From contig OZ244866.1 of the NCBI GenBank assembly GCA_965221185.1, positions 2,469,838 through 2,533,837 of the forward strand: a DNA stretch of 64,000 nucleotides, written 5' to 3'. The DNA comes from Candidatus Aldehydirespirator sp. Its GTDB lineage: Bacteria > Actinomycetota > Acidimicrobiia > Acidimicrobiales > Aldehydirespiratoraceae. Below are positions 38,065 through 45,938 of this stretch, one piece after another; position 1 is the first letter of the stretch; each line of letters opens with the position of its first letter. The notes beneath the pieces were generated by a model, which was not told where the DNA came from, did not search any database, and saw only the letters and a program-made list of their open reading frames with translations. Position numbers and translations under genes: made by a program.

Positions 38065-39527
38065 CCCCCCGCCGCGCCGTTGGCGAGGATGTGGGTCTTT
38101 AGGTCGCTGTGGAAGTCGAGGGCGTGGTCGCCGCCCTCGCGGCCTATGCCGGATAGGCCGCAGCCGCCGAATGGGGCGGCCAGGTCGCGCACTAGGAAGG
38201 TGTTGGTCCAGACGATTCCGGCCCGCACCGCTCTGCCGACGCGCTCGGCCCTGGCTGAGGAGCCCGTGTAGACGATGGCGGACAGGCCGTAGCGGGTGGA
38301 GTTGGCCAGCTCGACGGCCTCCGCCTCGGTGGCGAACGTCTGGAGGGTGAGCACCGGGCCGAAGACCTCGCGCTGGACTATCTCAGAGTCGTTGGAGGCG
38401 GGCACGATCAGGGTCGGCTCGTAGTGGAGGGAGCCGGCGCGGCGCTGGCCGCCCCACACGATCGTGTCGCCCGCGGACCGGGCCCGGTCCACGAAGGCCT
38501 CGACCCTGGTCAGGTGGTCGGGGTGGACCATCGGGGCGATGGTGGTGGCGTCGTCGCGGCTGTCGCCCAGCACGTGGGCCTCGGTGCTGGCCCGCAGAGC
38601 CTCCACGAACTCGTCGCGGACCGAGGCCTCCACCAGCAGGCGGGTGCCGGCCAGGCACACCTGGCCCGAGTCCTCGTATTGGGCCGCGGCCTGCCTGGCC
38701 GCCGCCTCCAGGTCGCAGTCGGCGAACACGATGAGCGGACCCTTGCCGCCGAGCTCGGCCGTGAAGGGCACGATGTTGGCCGCGGCGGCCGCGCCGATGC
38801 TGCGGGCCGTCTCCGGTGAGCCGGTGAAGCTGATGCGCCGCACCCGAGGATCAGCGGTGAGAGCCGCTCCTACCTCGGAGCCGATGCCCTGCACCAGATT
38901 GAACGCGCCCGCAGGCAGGCCCGCCTCCACCGTCAGGTCGGCCAGTAGCGACGCCGACAGCGGCGACCACTCCGCCGGCTTGAGCACCACGCTGTTGCCC
39001 GCCGCCAGCGCCGGGGCGACCTTCCAGGTGGCCAGCATGAACGGCGCGTTCCACGGGGTGATCACCACCGCCGGCCCGGCCGGCATGCGCTGCACGGTGT
39101 GGGTGGTGCCCCGCGCCGGCCAGCGGGGCTCGGCGTGGGCCTCGGCCATGTCCGCGTAGAACCGGAAGTTGAGCGCGCCCCGGGCCACCAGCCGCTCCCG
39201 CATGGAGCGGTGCAGGAACCCCATGTCGAGCGTCTCGACCAGGGCGATGTCGTCATTGCGGGCCTCAATCAGGTCGGCCAGGCGGCGCAGGGCCGCAGCC
39301 CGCTCTCCCACCGGCAGCGCGCTCCACGCGCCGAATCCGTCAACCGCCGCACCCACGGCCTGCTCGGCTGTGGCCACGTCGCCCCGGGCCACTTCGGCGA
39401 GCTTGCGGTCCCAGTCCAGCGGTGAGCGGCACTCGAACGTATGCGCCGACGCGACCCTCTCGCCGCCGATCAGGTGATCGACGCTGACCTCCACCCCACC
39501 GACAGCGCCCCGCGGCGACTCCGTCAT
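38061..39527 (-). CDS. NAD(P)-dependent aldehyde dehydrogenase
   Basis: Motifs FTGSPETARSI, ELGGKGP and catalytic Cys GQVCLAGTRL. I prefer ATG 39527 (GGGGAGGG upstream); ATG 39569 is an alternative start. Confidence 0.85.
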   Translation of the reverse strand: MTESPRGAVGGVEVSVDHLIGGERVASAHTFECRSPLDWDRKLAEVARGDVATAEQAVGAAVDGFGAWSALPVGERAAALRRLADLIEARNDDIALVETLDMGFLHRSMRERLVARGALNFRFYADMAEAHAEPRWPARGTTHTVQRMPAGPAVVITPWNAPFMLATWKVAPALAAGNSVVLKPAEWSPLSASLLADLTVEAGLPAGAFNLVQGIGSEVGAALTADPRVRRISFTGSPETARSIGAAAAANIVPFTAELGGKGPLIVFADCDLEAAARQAAAQYEDSGQVCLAGTRLLVEASVRDEFVEALRASTEAHVLGDSRDDATTIAPMVHPDHLTRVEAFVDRARSAGDTIVWGGQRRAGSLHYEPTLIVPASNDSEIVQREVFGPVLTLQTFATEAEAVELANSTRYGLSAIVYTGSSARAERVGRAVRAGIVWTNTFLVRDLAAPFGGCGLSGIGREGGDHALDFHSDLKTHILANGAAGG

Positions 39528-39580
39528 CTGCCCTCCCCGCTGGTGCCGATCCTCCGCGTGATCAGCCATCCACTCCCCAC

Positions 39581-39700
39581 AGCCGGTTTCTGTGAGCAGA
39601 GGTGCCGACTAGAGCGGCTTCGTTGCACAGAATTCTCCGTAGCCGGTTTCTGTTAGGAGCGGTGCCGACTGAAGCGGCTTCGTTGCACAGATTTCGTCCA
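39581..39700. repeat. 2 x 60-bp tandem direct repeat upstream of the aldehyde dehydrogenase gene
   Basis: agccggtttctgt(g/t)ag(c/g)ag(a/c)ggtgccgact(a/g)(g/a)agcggcttcgttgcacag(a/-)atttc... at 39581-39640 and again at 39641-39700. The track ORFs covering it look spurious. Confidence 0.9.
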
Positions 39701-39752
39701 GTCCACATCGACTCACGACTCGGGACGCCGTACCCGAGCCTCAGCGAGACCA

Positions 39753-40643
39753 TCATCGGTCGTCCTCGTCCAGAGCCGACTGGTAGTGGCGGGTGCCCGG
39801 TCCCCGGGGCGCCCGCTTGCCCCGGTGCTCCCAGTCGCCGCCCATGGCGGTGGATACGACCTCTTCGCTACTGGACGGCTGGGCGCCCACATCGGACCGC
39901 ACTGGCTCGGGGCCGGCCACGATCGTGTTGGTCAGGGCGCCCAGGCCCTCCACCTCCACAGTGACGACATCGCCGGGCACCACCGGGCGCGAGTTGGCCG
40001 GCGTGCCCGACAGCACCAGGTCGCCAGGCACCAGCGTGATGGTGCGGGCCAGGTCCGCCACCAGGTAGTGCATGTCCCATTCCATCTCGTCGGTGTTGCC
40101 GTCCTGGCGGACCGCGCCGTTCACAAGGGTGCGGATCTGCTTGTGGCGGAAGTCCCAGCCGGTCACCAGGGCCGGGCCTACCGGGCACAGGGTGTCGCCG
40201 CCCTTGACCCGCAACATCGACCCCGCGTCGGTGTCGCGGAAGTCGTGCAGCCCGTAGTCGTTGGCCACGGTGTAGCCGGCGACGTAGTCGCCCGCCTCGG
40301 CCGGCGACACGTTGCGGCAGGAGCGCCCGATGACGATGCCGATCTCGCCCTCGTAGTTGAGCCACCGGCACGGCTCGGGCCGCACCACGTCGGCGCCGTG
40401 GGCGCTGAGGGCGGTGATCGGCTTGTGGAAGTAGGTGGGGGCGGGCGGCAGCCTGGTTATGAACTCGGCGACGCGGCTGGAGTAGTTCAGGTGGACGCAG
40501 AGGATCTTGGTCGGCTCGCACGGCGCCAGATTCACGGCGCCGGACGCGGCGACGCTGCGCCCGTCGCGGGCGACCAGTCTCTTACCGTGGCGTTCGACCA
40601 GCGTCGGATACCCGTCGAGCAGGATGCGTCGATACTCAGTCAT
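39753..40643 (-). CDS. fumarylacetoacetate hydrolase (FAH) family protein
   Basis: FAH-fold motifs (KILCVHLNY, NYEGEIGIVIG, GDLVLSGTP). There is a roughly 50-aa low-complexity C-terminal tail. Confidence 0.85.
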   Translation of the reverse strand: MTEYRRILLDGYPTLVERHGKRLVARDGRSVAASGAVNLAPCEPTKILCVHLNYSSRVAEFITRLPPAPTYFHKPITALSAHGADVVRPEPCRWLNYEGEIGIVIGRSCRNVSPAEAGDYVAGYTVANDYGLHDFRDTDAGSMLRVKGGDTLCPVGPALVTGWDFRHKQIRTLVNGAVRQDGNTDEMEWDMHYLVADLARTITLVPGDLVLSGTPANSRPVVPGDVVTVEVEGLGALTNTIVAGPEPVRSDVGAQPSSSEEVVSTAMGGDWEHRGKRAPRGPGTRHYQSALDEDDR

Positions 40644-40646
40644 GGC

Positions 40647-40807
40647 TCATGACCTCCCAGCGTCGCGTGGCGGTGTGCGATCTCGGCGGCGGGCCAGCGG
40701 TTCCCACGGCGGTCTCATCGCGCCGAAGGTAGCTGCGATCCCCAGCGCGAGGAGCGCGTGGATGGAGCCCCGGCCCAGACCGTCGATCAGGTTCTGCAGC
40801 AGTTCGA

Positions 40808-40811
<4 letters not shown>
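40647..40811 (-). pseudogene. remnant of a LivH-type branched-chain amino acid permease gene (first ~31 codons)
   Basis: ATG 40811 forms an ATGA overlap with the livF-like stop and gives MIELLQNLIDGLGRGSIHALLALGIAATFGAM, a typical LivH N-terminus. It then continues as unrelated Arg/Pro-rich sequence to TGA 40647. At 54 codons it is below the track cut-off. Confidence 0.55.
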
Positions 40812-41527
<716 letters not shown>

Positions 41528-41599
41528 CGCGGAACCCTACTCCAGGGCCGTGATCCGACCCGGAGCGGGGTTGTCCAGCCTCCGAGATCGGATACTGTC

Positions 41600-41615
41600 C
41601 GTTTGGTAGCAAACG
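41600..41615. promoter_or_regulatory. palindrome upstream of the MarR gene (candidate operator)
   Basis: CGTTTG-gtag-CAAACG ends 16 nt before GTG 41632. It lies in the divergent livF/marR intergenic region. Confidence 0.4.
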
Positions 41616-41631
41616 AAATCGGGGGCCCGTA

Positions 41632-42135
41632 GTGCAGAATCGAGCCGATCCGCGCCTGCTCGACGCTGAGCGCCTCATCCAGGAGCGCCTCGGCGACCGG
41701 CACCTCGACTTCGACTCGATGCTGGCCGTGTCCAACATCTACCGGGCCGCGACCGCGGTGCGCCGCCGGGCCGAGCGGGCCGTGCTGTCCGAGTTCGGCC
41801 TTTCCTGGGGCGGTTTCACCACCTTGTGGGTGCTGTGGGTGTGGGGGGAGATGCAGACAGCGGACCTAGCGGACGAGTGCGACCTGTCCAAGGGCACGCT
41901 GACCGGCGTGGTCAAGACGTTGGAGAAGCGCGGGTTCGTGGAGCGCACACCGGTGGAGTCGGATCGCCGTCGGGTGACGGTCTCACTGACCGACGCCGGC
42001 CTCGACACGATCGAGCGGCTCTTCCCCCGCTTCAACCTCTACGAGGGCGAGATGGTGGGTGAACTGTCGACGACCGAGAAGCAGGAACTGGCAGAACTGC
42101 TTCGCCGGGTGATCGTCACAGCCGGCGAGGAGTGA
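41632..42135 (+). CDS. MarR-family transcriptional regulator
   Basis: Winged-helix region (TADLADECDLSKGTLTGVVKTLEKRGFVERTPVESDRRRVTVSLT). Confidence 0.85.
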   Translation: MQNRADPRLLDAERLIQERLGDRHLDFDSMLAVSNIYRAATAVRRRAERAVLSEFGLSWGGFTTLWVLWVWGEMQTADLADECDLSKGTLTGVVKTLEKRGFVERTPVESDRRRVTVSLTDAGLDTIERLFPRFNLYEGEMVGELSTTEKQELAELLRRVIVTAGEE

Positions 42136-42168
42136 GCGCTACGGGGCGATTGCGGGTCGTCCCGGCAG

Positions 42169-42489
42169 CTACACCATGCTGGTGACAGAACCCCCACCGA
42201 TGGCGACGAGACCGACGGAGTTGAGCCCGCCTATCGCGACCAGACCCACCGAGTTGATGCCGCCGATCGATACGAGACCGATCGAGTTGATGCCCCCTAT
42301 CGCGATCAGACCCATGGAGTTCAAGCCGCCGAGCGTGACGATGCCCATCGCATTCAGGAGGCTCAACGCGCCGATTCCCACCGCATTCAGGCGTCCGGCG
42401 GCCGCGACGCCGATCGCGGACCAGCGACTCATGGCAACGATGCCGACCCCGCAATACTCGGACGTGGCTTCATCAGACACTTCTGGCAC
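42169..42489 (-). CDS. small hydrophobic Gly/Asn repeat protein (six 11-residue repeats)
   Basis: GTG 42489. Residues 32-97 (nt 42199-42396) are GRLNAVGIGAL-SLLNAMGIVTL-GGLNSMGLIAI-GGINSIGLVSI-GGINSVGLVAI-GGLNSVGLVAI. The nucleotide units diverge at synonymous sites and third-position GC is high, which favours this frame over the two overlapping track ORFs. Confidence 0.55.
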   Translation of the reverse strand: MPEVSDEATSEYCGVGIVAMSRWSAIGVAAAGRLNAVGIGALSLLNAMGIVTLGGLNSMGLIAIGGINSIGLVSIGGINSVGLVAIGGLNSVGLVAIGGGSVTSMV

Positions 42490-42533
42490 CTCGGGCTATC
42501 TCTGTTGGCATCTGCGACACTTCGGCTGATCGC

Positions 42534-43469
42534 TCAAGCGCCGCAGCGTTCACAGTAGTCGACCATGCGGCGACAGATGCCGGCCACCTCCCGGATGTCG
42601 TCGGTGTACTGCGACGGCTTCATGCAGAACAGGGAATAGCCCGCGGCGACCTGCTCGTCGATGGCGGCCATGGCGTCGTCGACGTCGGCGACGGCATCGG
42701 GGGAGGCGAACGTGGCCCGGGTGCCCCCGATCAGCTCAATCTCAGAAATGTCGCGCCCCGCGACGGCCAGACCCTCGGCCAGCTCGGCGAGGTCGTCGGC
42801 GGTGGGCGTGCCGAAGGGATGGAAGCCGCTGCCGTAGCGGACCATGCGCCGGATGAGCGCCGGGTGCATCCACTCGCCCCCGAACCACATGCGGGGCCCC
42901 GTCGGCCGCCAGGCCTTGGGCTCGCAATATGCATCCTCGAAGCTGAAGTACCGGCCCGAGAAGCTGGCGGGCGACCCGGCCCACAGCCGCGACATGGCCT
43001 CAAGGTGCTCATCGAGGATGCGGCCCCGCTCAGAGAACGCCACGCCGTGGGCCTCGTACTCGGCCTGCTGCCACGACACGGTGGGTTGCACCACCAGCCG
43101 GCCCTCGCACAGCAGATCGATGGTGGCCAGGTCCTTGGCCAGCAGGATGGGATGGCGCAGCGAGGGGATGATGGCTCCCGCTACCACTCGCACCCTGCTG
43201 GTGGCCGCCGCCACCGCGGCCAGGGTGGCCACCGAGCTGGGCCACGGCGTCATCGGGTCCTGGTTGCCGACGGCCGCGTACATCCGGGGATTGCTCATGA
43301 GGCCCTCGATGGCAGCGTCGGGGCCGAGCATGGTCTGCTCGCTCACCATCACAGCGTCGAACCCGCTGTCCTCGGCAATCCTGGCCAGATCCACCAGGCC
43401 CCGCATGTCGCGCGGATCCAGCATCGTGTGGTTCTCGGTCAGGATCATCAGCATCCCCGGCGCGGCCAT
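42534..43469 (-). CDS. LLM-class F420/flavin-dependent oxidoreductase
   Basis: ATG 43469 (MAAPGMLMILTENH...) was chosen by alignment with the paralogue at 56453..57409 (MAPPRLLLILTENH...). Confidence 0.85.
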   Translation of the reverse strand: MAAPGMLMILTENHTMLDPRDMRGLVDLARIAEDSGFDAVMVSEQTMLGPDAAIEGLMSNPRMYAAVGNQDPMTPWPSSVATLAAVAAATSRVRVVAGAIIPSLRHPILLAKDLATIDLLCEGRLVVQPTVSWQQAEYEAHGVAFSERGRILDEHLEAMSRLWAGSPASFSGRYFSFEDAYCEPKAWRPTGPRMWFGGEWMHPALIRRMVRYGSGFHPFGTPTADDLAELAEGLAVAGRDISEIELIGGTRATFASPDAVADVDDAMAAIDEQVAAGYSLFCMKPSQYTDDIREVAGICRRMVDYCERCGA

Positions 43470-43565
43470 GTCAGCGCTCGGCGGCAGATTCGGCACAATG
43501 CGTGGTTGGCCGCCTCACCTCAGCGCTCCGCAGACTCGGCGCCGTGCGCAGCTAGCGGCCTCACG

Positions 43566-44324
43566 TCAGCGCTGCACCATGTCGAAGGGTCCCAGAGCCA
43601 CTGCGCCGCCGTCGAGGCGGAACGACGCTCCGGTGGCGAAACGGCCTGCCGGAGCCACCAGATAGTGGACCAGCGCGGCGATCTCGTCGGGCTCGCCGGC
43701 CCGGCCCGCGATGTTCACGGAGATGCCGGCCGTGGACAGCTCACGGATCGCGTCTGCTGCCATGGGCGTGTCCACAATGCCTGGGTCGACCTGCGTGACC
43801 CGGATGCCGTCGGCCCGCCACTCCTTGGCCAGCGCCACCGTGACCGCGGCCAGCCCAGCCTTGGTCGCCCCGTAGACGGCGCCGCCCGCCGAGGGCCGCA
43901 CCGCGTCCACCGAGCCGATCATCACCACGGCCGAGTCATCGCCCGCGGCCAGGTACGGCTGGGCAAGCTGGCAGAGCCGGAGAGGCGCCCAAAGGTTGAG
44001 CCCGACCAGCCCGTCGAAGTATTCGCGGTTCAGCTGGTCGAGGGGGAGCCAGTCGCCCCGCCCCGCATTGTTCACCAGTATGTCGAGCCCCCCCAGCTCG
44101 GCGACGGCCACGTCGATCACCCCATCGACAGCCTCGGCGTCGCTCAGGTCAGCTACGAGGGGACGCACCGAGCCCCCCGCCTCCGGCACGCGCCCCGACC
44201 GCGAGACCGCAACCACGTTGGCACCTGCACCGGCCAGACGGGCGGCGATGGCCGCCCCGATCCCAGCCGACGCACCGGTGACCACGGCGCGTCTGCCGGT
44301 CAGGTCGAACGCAGCATCAGGCAC
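43566..44324 (-). CDS. short-chain dehydrogenase/reductase (SDR)
   Basis: VTGASAGIGAAIA cofactor motif and YGATKAG catalytic motif. Confidence 0.85.
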   Translation of the reverse strand: MPDAAFDLTGRRAVVTGASAGIGAAIAARLAGAGANVVAVSRSGRVPEAGGSVRPLVADLSDAEAVDGVIDVAVAELGGLDILVNNAGRGDWLPLDQLNREYFDGLVGLNLWAPLRLCQLAQPYLAAGDDSAVVMIGSVDAVRPSAGGAVYGATKAGLAAVTVALAKEWRADGIRVTQVDPGIVDTPMAADAIRELSTAGISVNIAGRAGEPDEIAALVHYLVAPAGRFATGASFRLDGGAVALGPFDMVQR

Positions 44325-44354
44325 GGTGCCACGATAATCACCCGTGCCCCGCCC

Positions 44355-44383
44355 TTGATCGTTCGGTGCCTAACGATTAGAGT
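44355..44383 (+). promoter_or_regulatory. putative promoter with embedded inverted repeat (copy 1 of a duplicated module)
   Basis: TTGATC (44355-44360), 17 nt, then TAGAGT (44378-44383), then 6 nt to GTG 44390. Inverted repeat ATCGTT-N8-AACGAT at 44358-44377. The first 16 nt are identical to 51766-51781. Confidence 0.5.
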
Positions 44384-44389
44384 TCGGGC

Positions 44390-44509
44390 GTGGCGGAGCT
44401 CCAAGGGTTCATGCATCCCCGGACCCACTGCCGGAAGGTGTTCGCAGCTGGCGACCCCGAGGATTCGGGGGCGATCGACTGCACCAGGCTGTGCTCGTGC
44501 GGTCGGTGA
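44390..44509 (+). other. 39-codon leaderless upstream ORF / relic of an acetoacetate decarboxylase-family N-terminus
   Basis: It begins VAELQGFMHPRT, compared with MAELQGFMYPRT at the ADC-family gene (51801). Its TGA (44507-44509) overlaps the in-frame GTG 44506 of the LuxR ORF (GTGA). Confidence 0.35.
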
Positions 44510-45213
44510 CGGACGTCGCCCGCTTCGTCGGCTCCGTGGCCGCGGCCGCGACTTCGGCGGCACCGGCCCAGGACCGCATCGAGGCCATCGTCGACGAGAT
44601 AGGCCAAGTGCTCCCGTTCCTCGGCATGTGCATCAACTCAGCCCCGGACTCGAACGGGCGCAGCGGGATCGTCTGCAGCCGCGACTACCCCGACACGGTT
44701 CTCGCCTGGCTGGGAAGCAGACACTTTCTCGCTGAGTGGCAGGGGCTCAGGCCGTCACCACGGGGAACCCGACTCCGGGAGACATTGGAACTCGATCCGC
44801 TGCCCGCCACAGTCAGTGACTACATCGTGCCGCTCGGCTTCGGCGGCGGCGTCTCCGTGCCCCTGTGCTCCGCGGCGGGCGAAGTTCTCGGGGGCATGCA
44901 CTTCTCGACCGAGTCCGCCGACGACATCACCGACCTGGCCCACGACGGCCTCTGCCTGATTGCTCCGGCGGTCAAGAACCTGGTCCAGTCGCTGCCTCGG
45001 CCCATCGAGAAGACTCCTCTGAGCCCGCGAGAGGTCGAGGTTCTGGAACTAATAGCTCGTGGCAAGTCGAACGCTGACATAGCAGCCGACCTCTTCATCG
45101 CCCAGCGAACGGCGGCAACCCACATCGAGCACATCCTCTCCAAGCTCGGCGCAGCGAACCGGGCCCAGGCCGCCGTGCTGGGCGTGCAACTCCAGCTGAT
45201 AGCGGCCAACTAG
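44491..45213 (+). CDS. LuxR-family transcriptional regulator (GAF-like N-domain plus C-terminal HTH)
   Basis: C-terminal LuxR HTH (LSPREVEVLELIARGKSNADIAADLFIAQRTAATHIEHILSKLG). The start is uncertain: GTG 44491, 44497 or 44506. Confidence 0.8.
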   Translation: MLVRSVTDVARFVGSVAAAATSAAPAQDRIEAIVDEIGQVLPFLGMCINSAPDSNGRSGIVCSRDYPDTVLAWLGSRHFLAEWQGLRPSPRGTRLRETLELDPLPATVSDYIVPLGFGGGVSVPLCSAAGEVLGGMHFSTESADDITDLAHDGLCLIAPAVKNLVQSLPRPIEKTPLSPREVEVLELIARGKSNADIAADLFIAQRTAATHIEHILSKLGAANRAQAAVLGVQLQLIAAN

Positions 45214-45218
45214 CCGCC

Positions 45219-45938
45219 TCACCCGGCGGCCGGGTCTGTTCCTGCACCCAAGTATGCGCGCTGCAGGACTGTCGGATCCTCGACCAAGACGTCGGCGCGC
45301 TCGCGCAGGACGGTCTCCCCGCGCACCAGCACCATCACCACATCGGCCACGCCGAGAGCGACCGACGTGAACTGCTCCACAAGCAGCACCGCCGTTCCGG
45401 ACCGAGCTGCTTCCTTGACCACAGCGGTCAGGCGTCGTACGACCGTCGGAGCAAGACCGAGGGATATCTCGTCGATCAGCAGGCACGATGGTCGGGCAAT
45501 GAGCGCCCGGGCCAGTACCAGCATCTGCTGCTCCCCTCCCGAGAGCTCTCTGGCTCGCGTGTGTGACCTCGCCCGCAACTCAGGGAACATCTCGTAGGCG
45601 CGATCGGTGTCGTGCGCCGCGACCCGCAAGTTCTCCTCGACGGAGAGCTCAGCAAAGACGGCCCGACCCTGGCGCACGTGCCCGAGGCCGAGACGGTTGC
45701 GTCGCCGGCGCGACGCCCTAGTGATGTCGGAATCGTGCAACGCGACCGAGCCCCCCTCGACCTTGACGACGCCTGAGACGGCCTCGAGCATCGACGTCTT
45801 GCCAGAACCGTTGGGACCCACGATCGCCATCACTTCAGCGGCGCTGACATCAAGCGACACTCCGCGCACCACCGGCACGCCGCCACGGGCCACGACCAAG
45901 CCGCGCACAGCAAGGACCGGTTGCTTCGCAGGGCTCAC
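45219..45938 (-). CDS. livF: branched-chain amino acid-type ABC transporter ATP-binding protein
   Basis: Walker A GPNGSGKTS, signature LSGGEQQML, Walker B LLIDEISLGL. Confidence 0.9.
   Translation of the reverse strand: MSPAKQPVLAVRGLVVARGGVPVVRGVSLDVSAAEVMAIVGPNGSGKTSMLEAVSGVVKVEGGSVALHDSDITRASRRRRNRLGLGHVRQGRAVFAELSVEENLRVAAHDTDRAYEMFPELRARSHTRARELSGGEQQMLVLARALIARPSCLLIDEISLGLAPTVVRRLTAVVKEAARSGTAVLLVEQFTSVALGVADVVMVLVRGETVLRERADVLVEDPTVLQRAYLGAGTDPAAG

Noticed and set aside
39581-39700. Sigma-54 promoter or mini-ykkC-type tandem riboswitch in the 60-bp repeats.
   Set aside because: The GG-N10-GC spacing of TGGCAC-N5-TTGCA is not met. The ACGA tetranucleotide is not flanked by complementary stems.
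42116-42529. Alternative frames across the 33-bp repeat (42116..42454 minus; 42176..42529 plus, PPIATRPTELM repeats).
   Set aside because: They are kept open only by the repeat. Their third-position composition is not GC-biased, unlike the chosen frame, and the plus ORF would run antisense to the surrounding operon.
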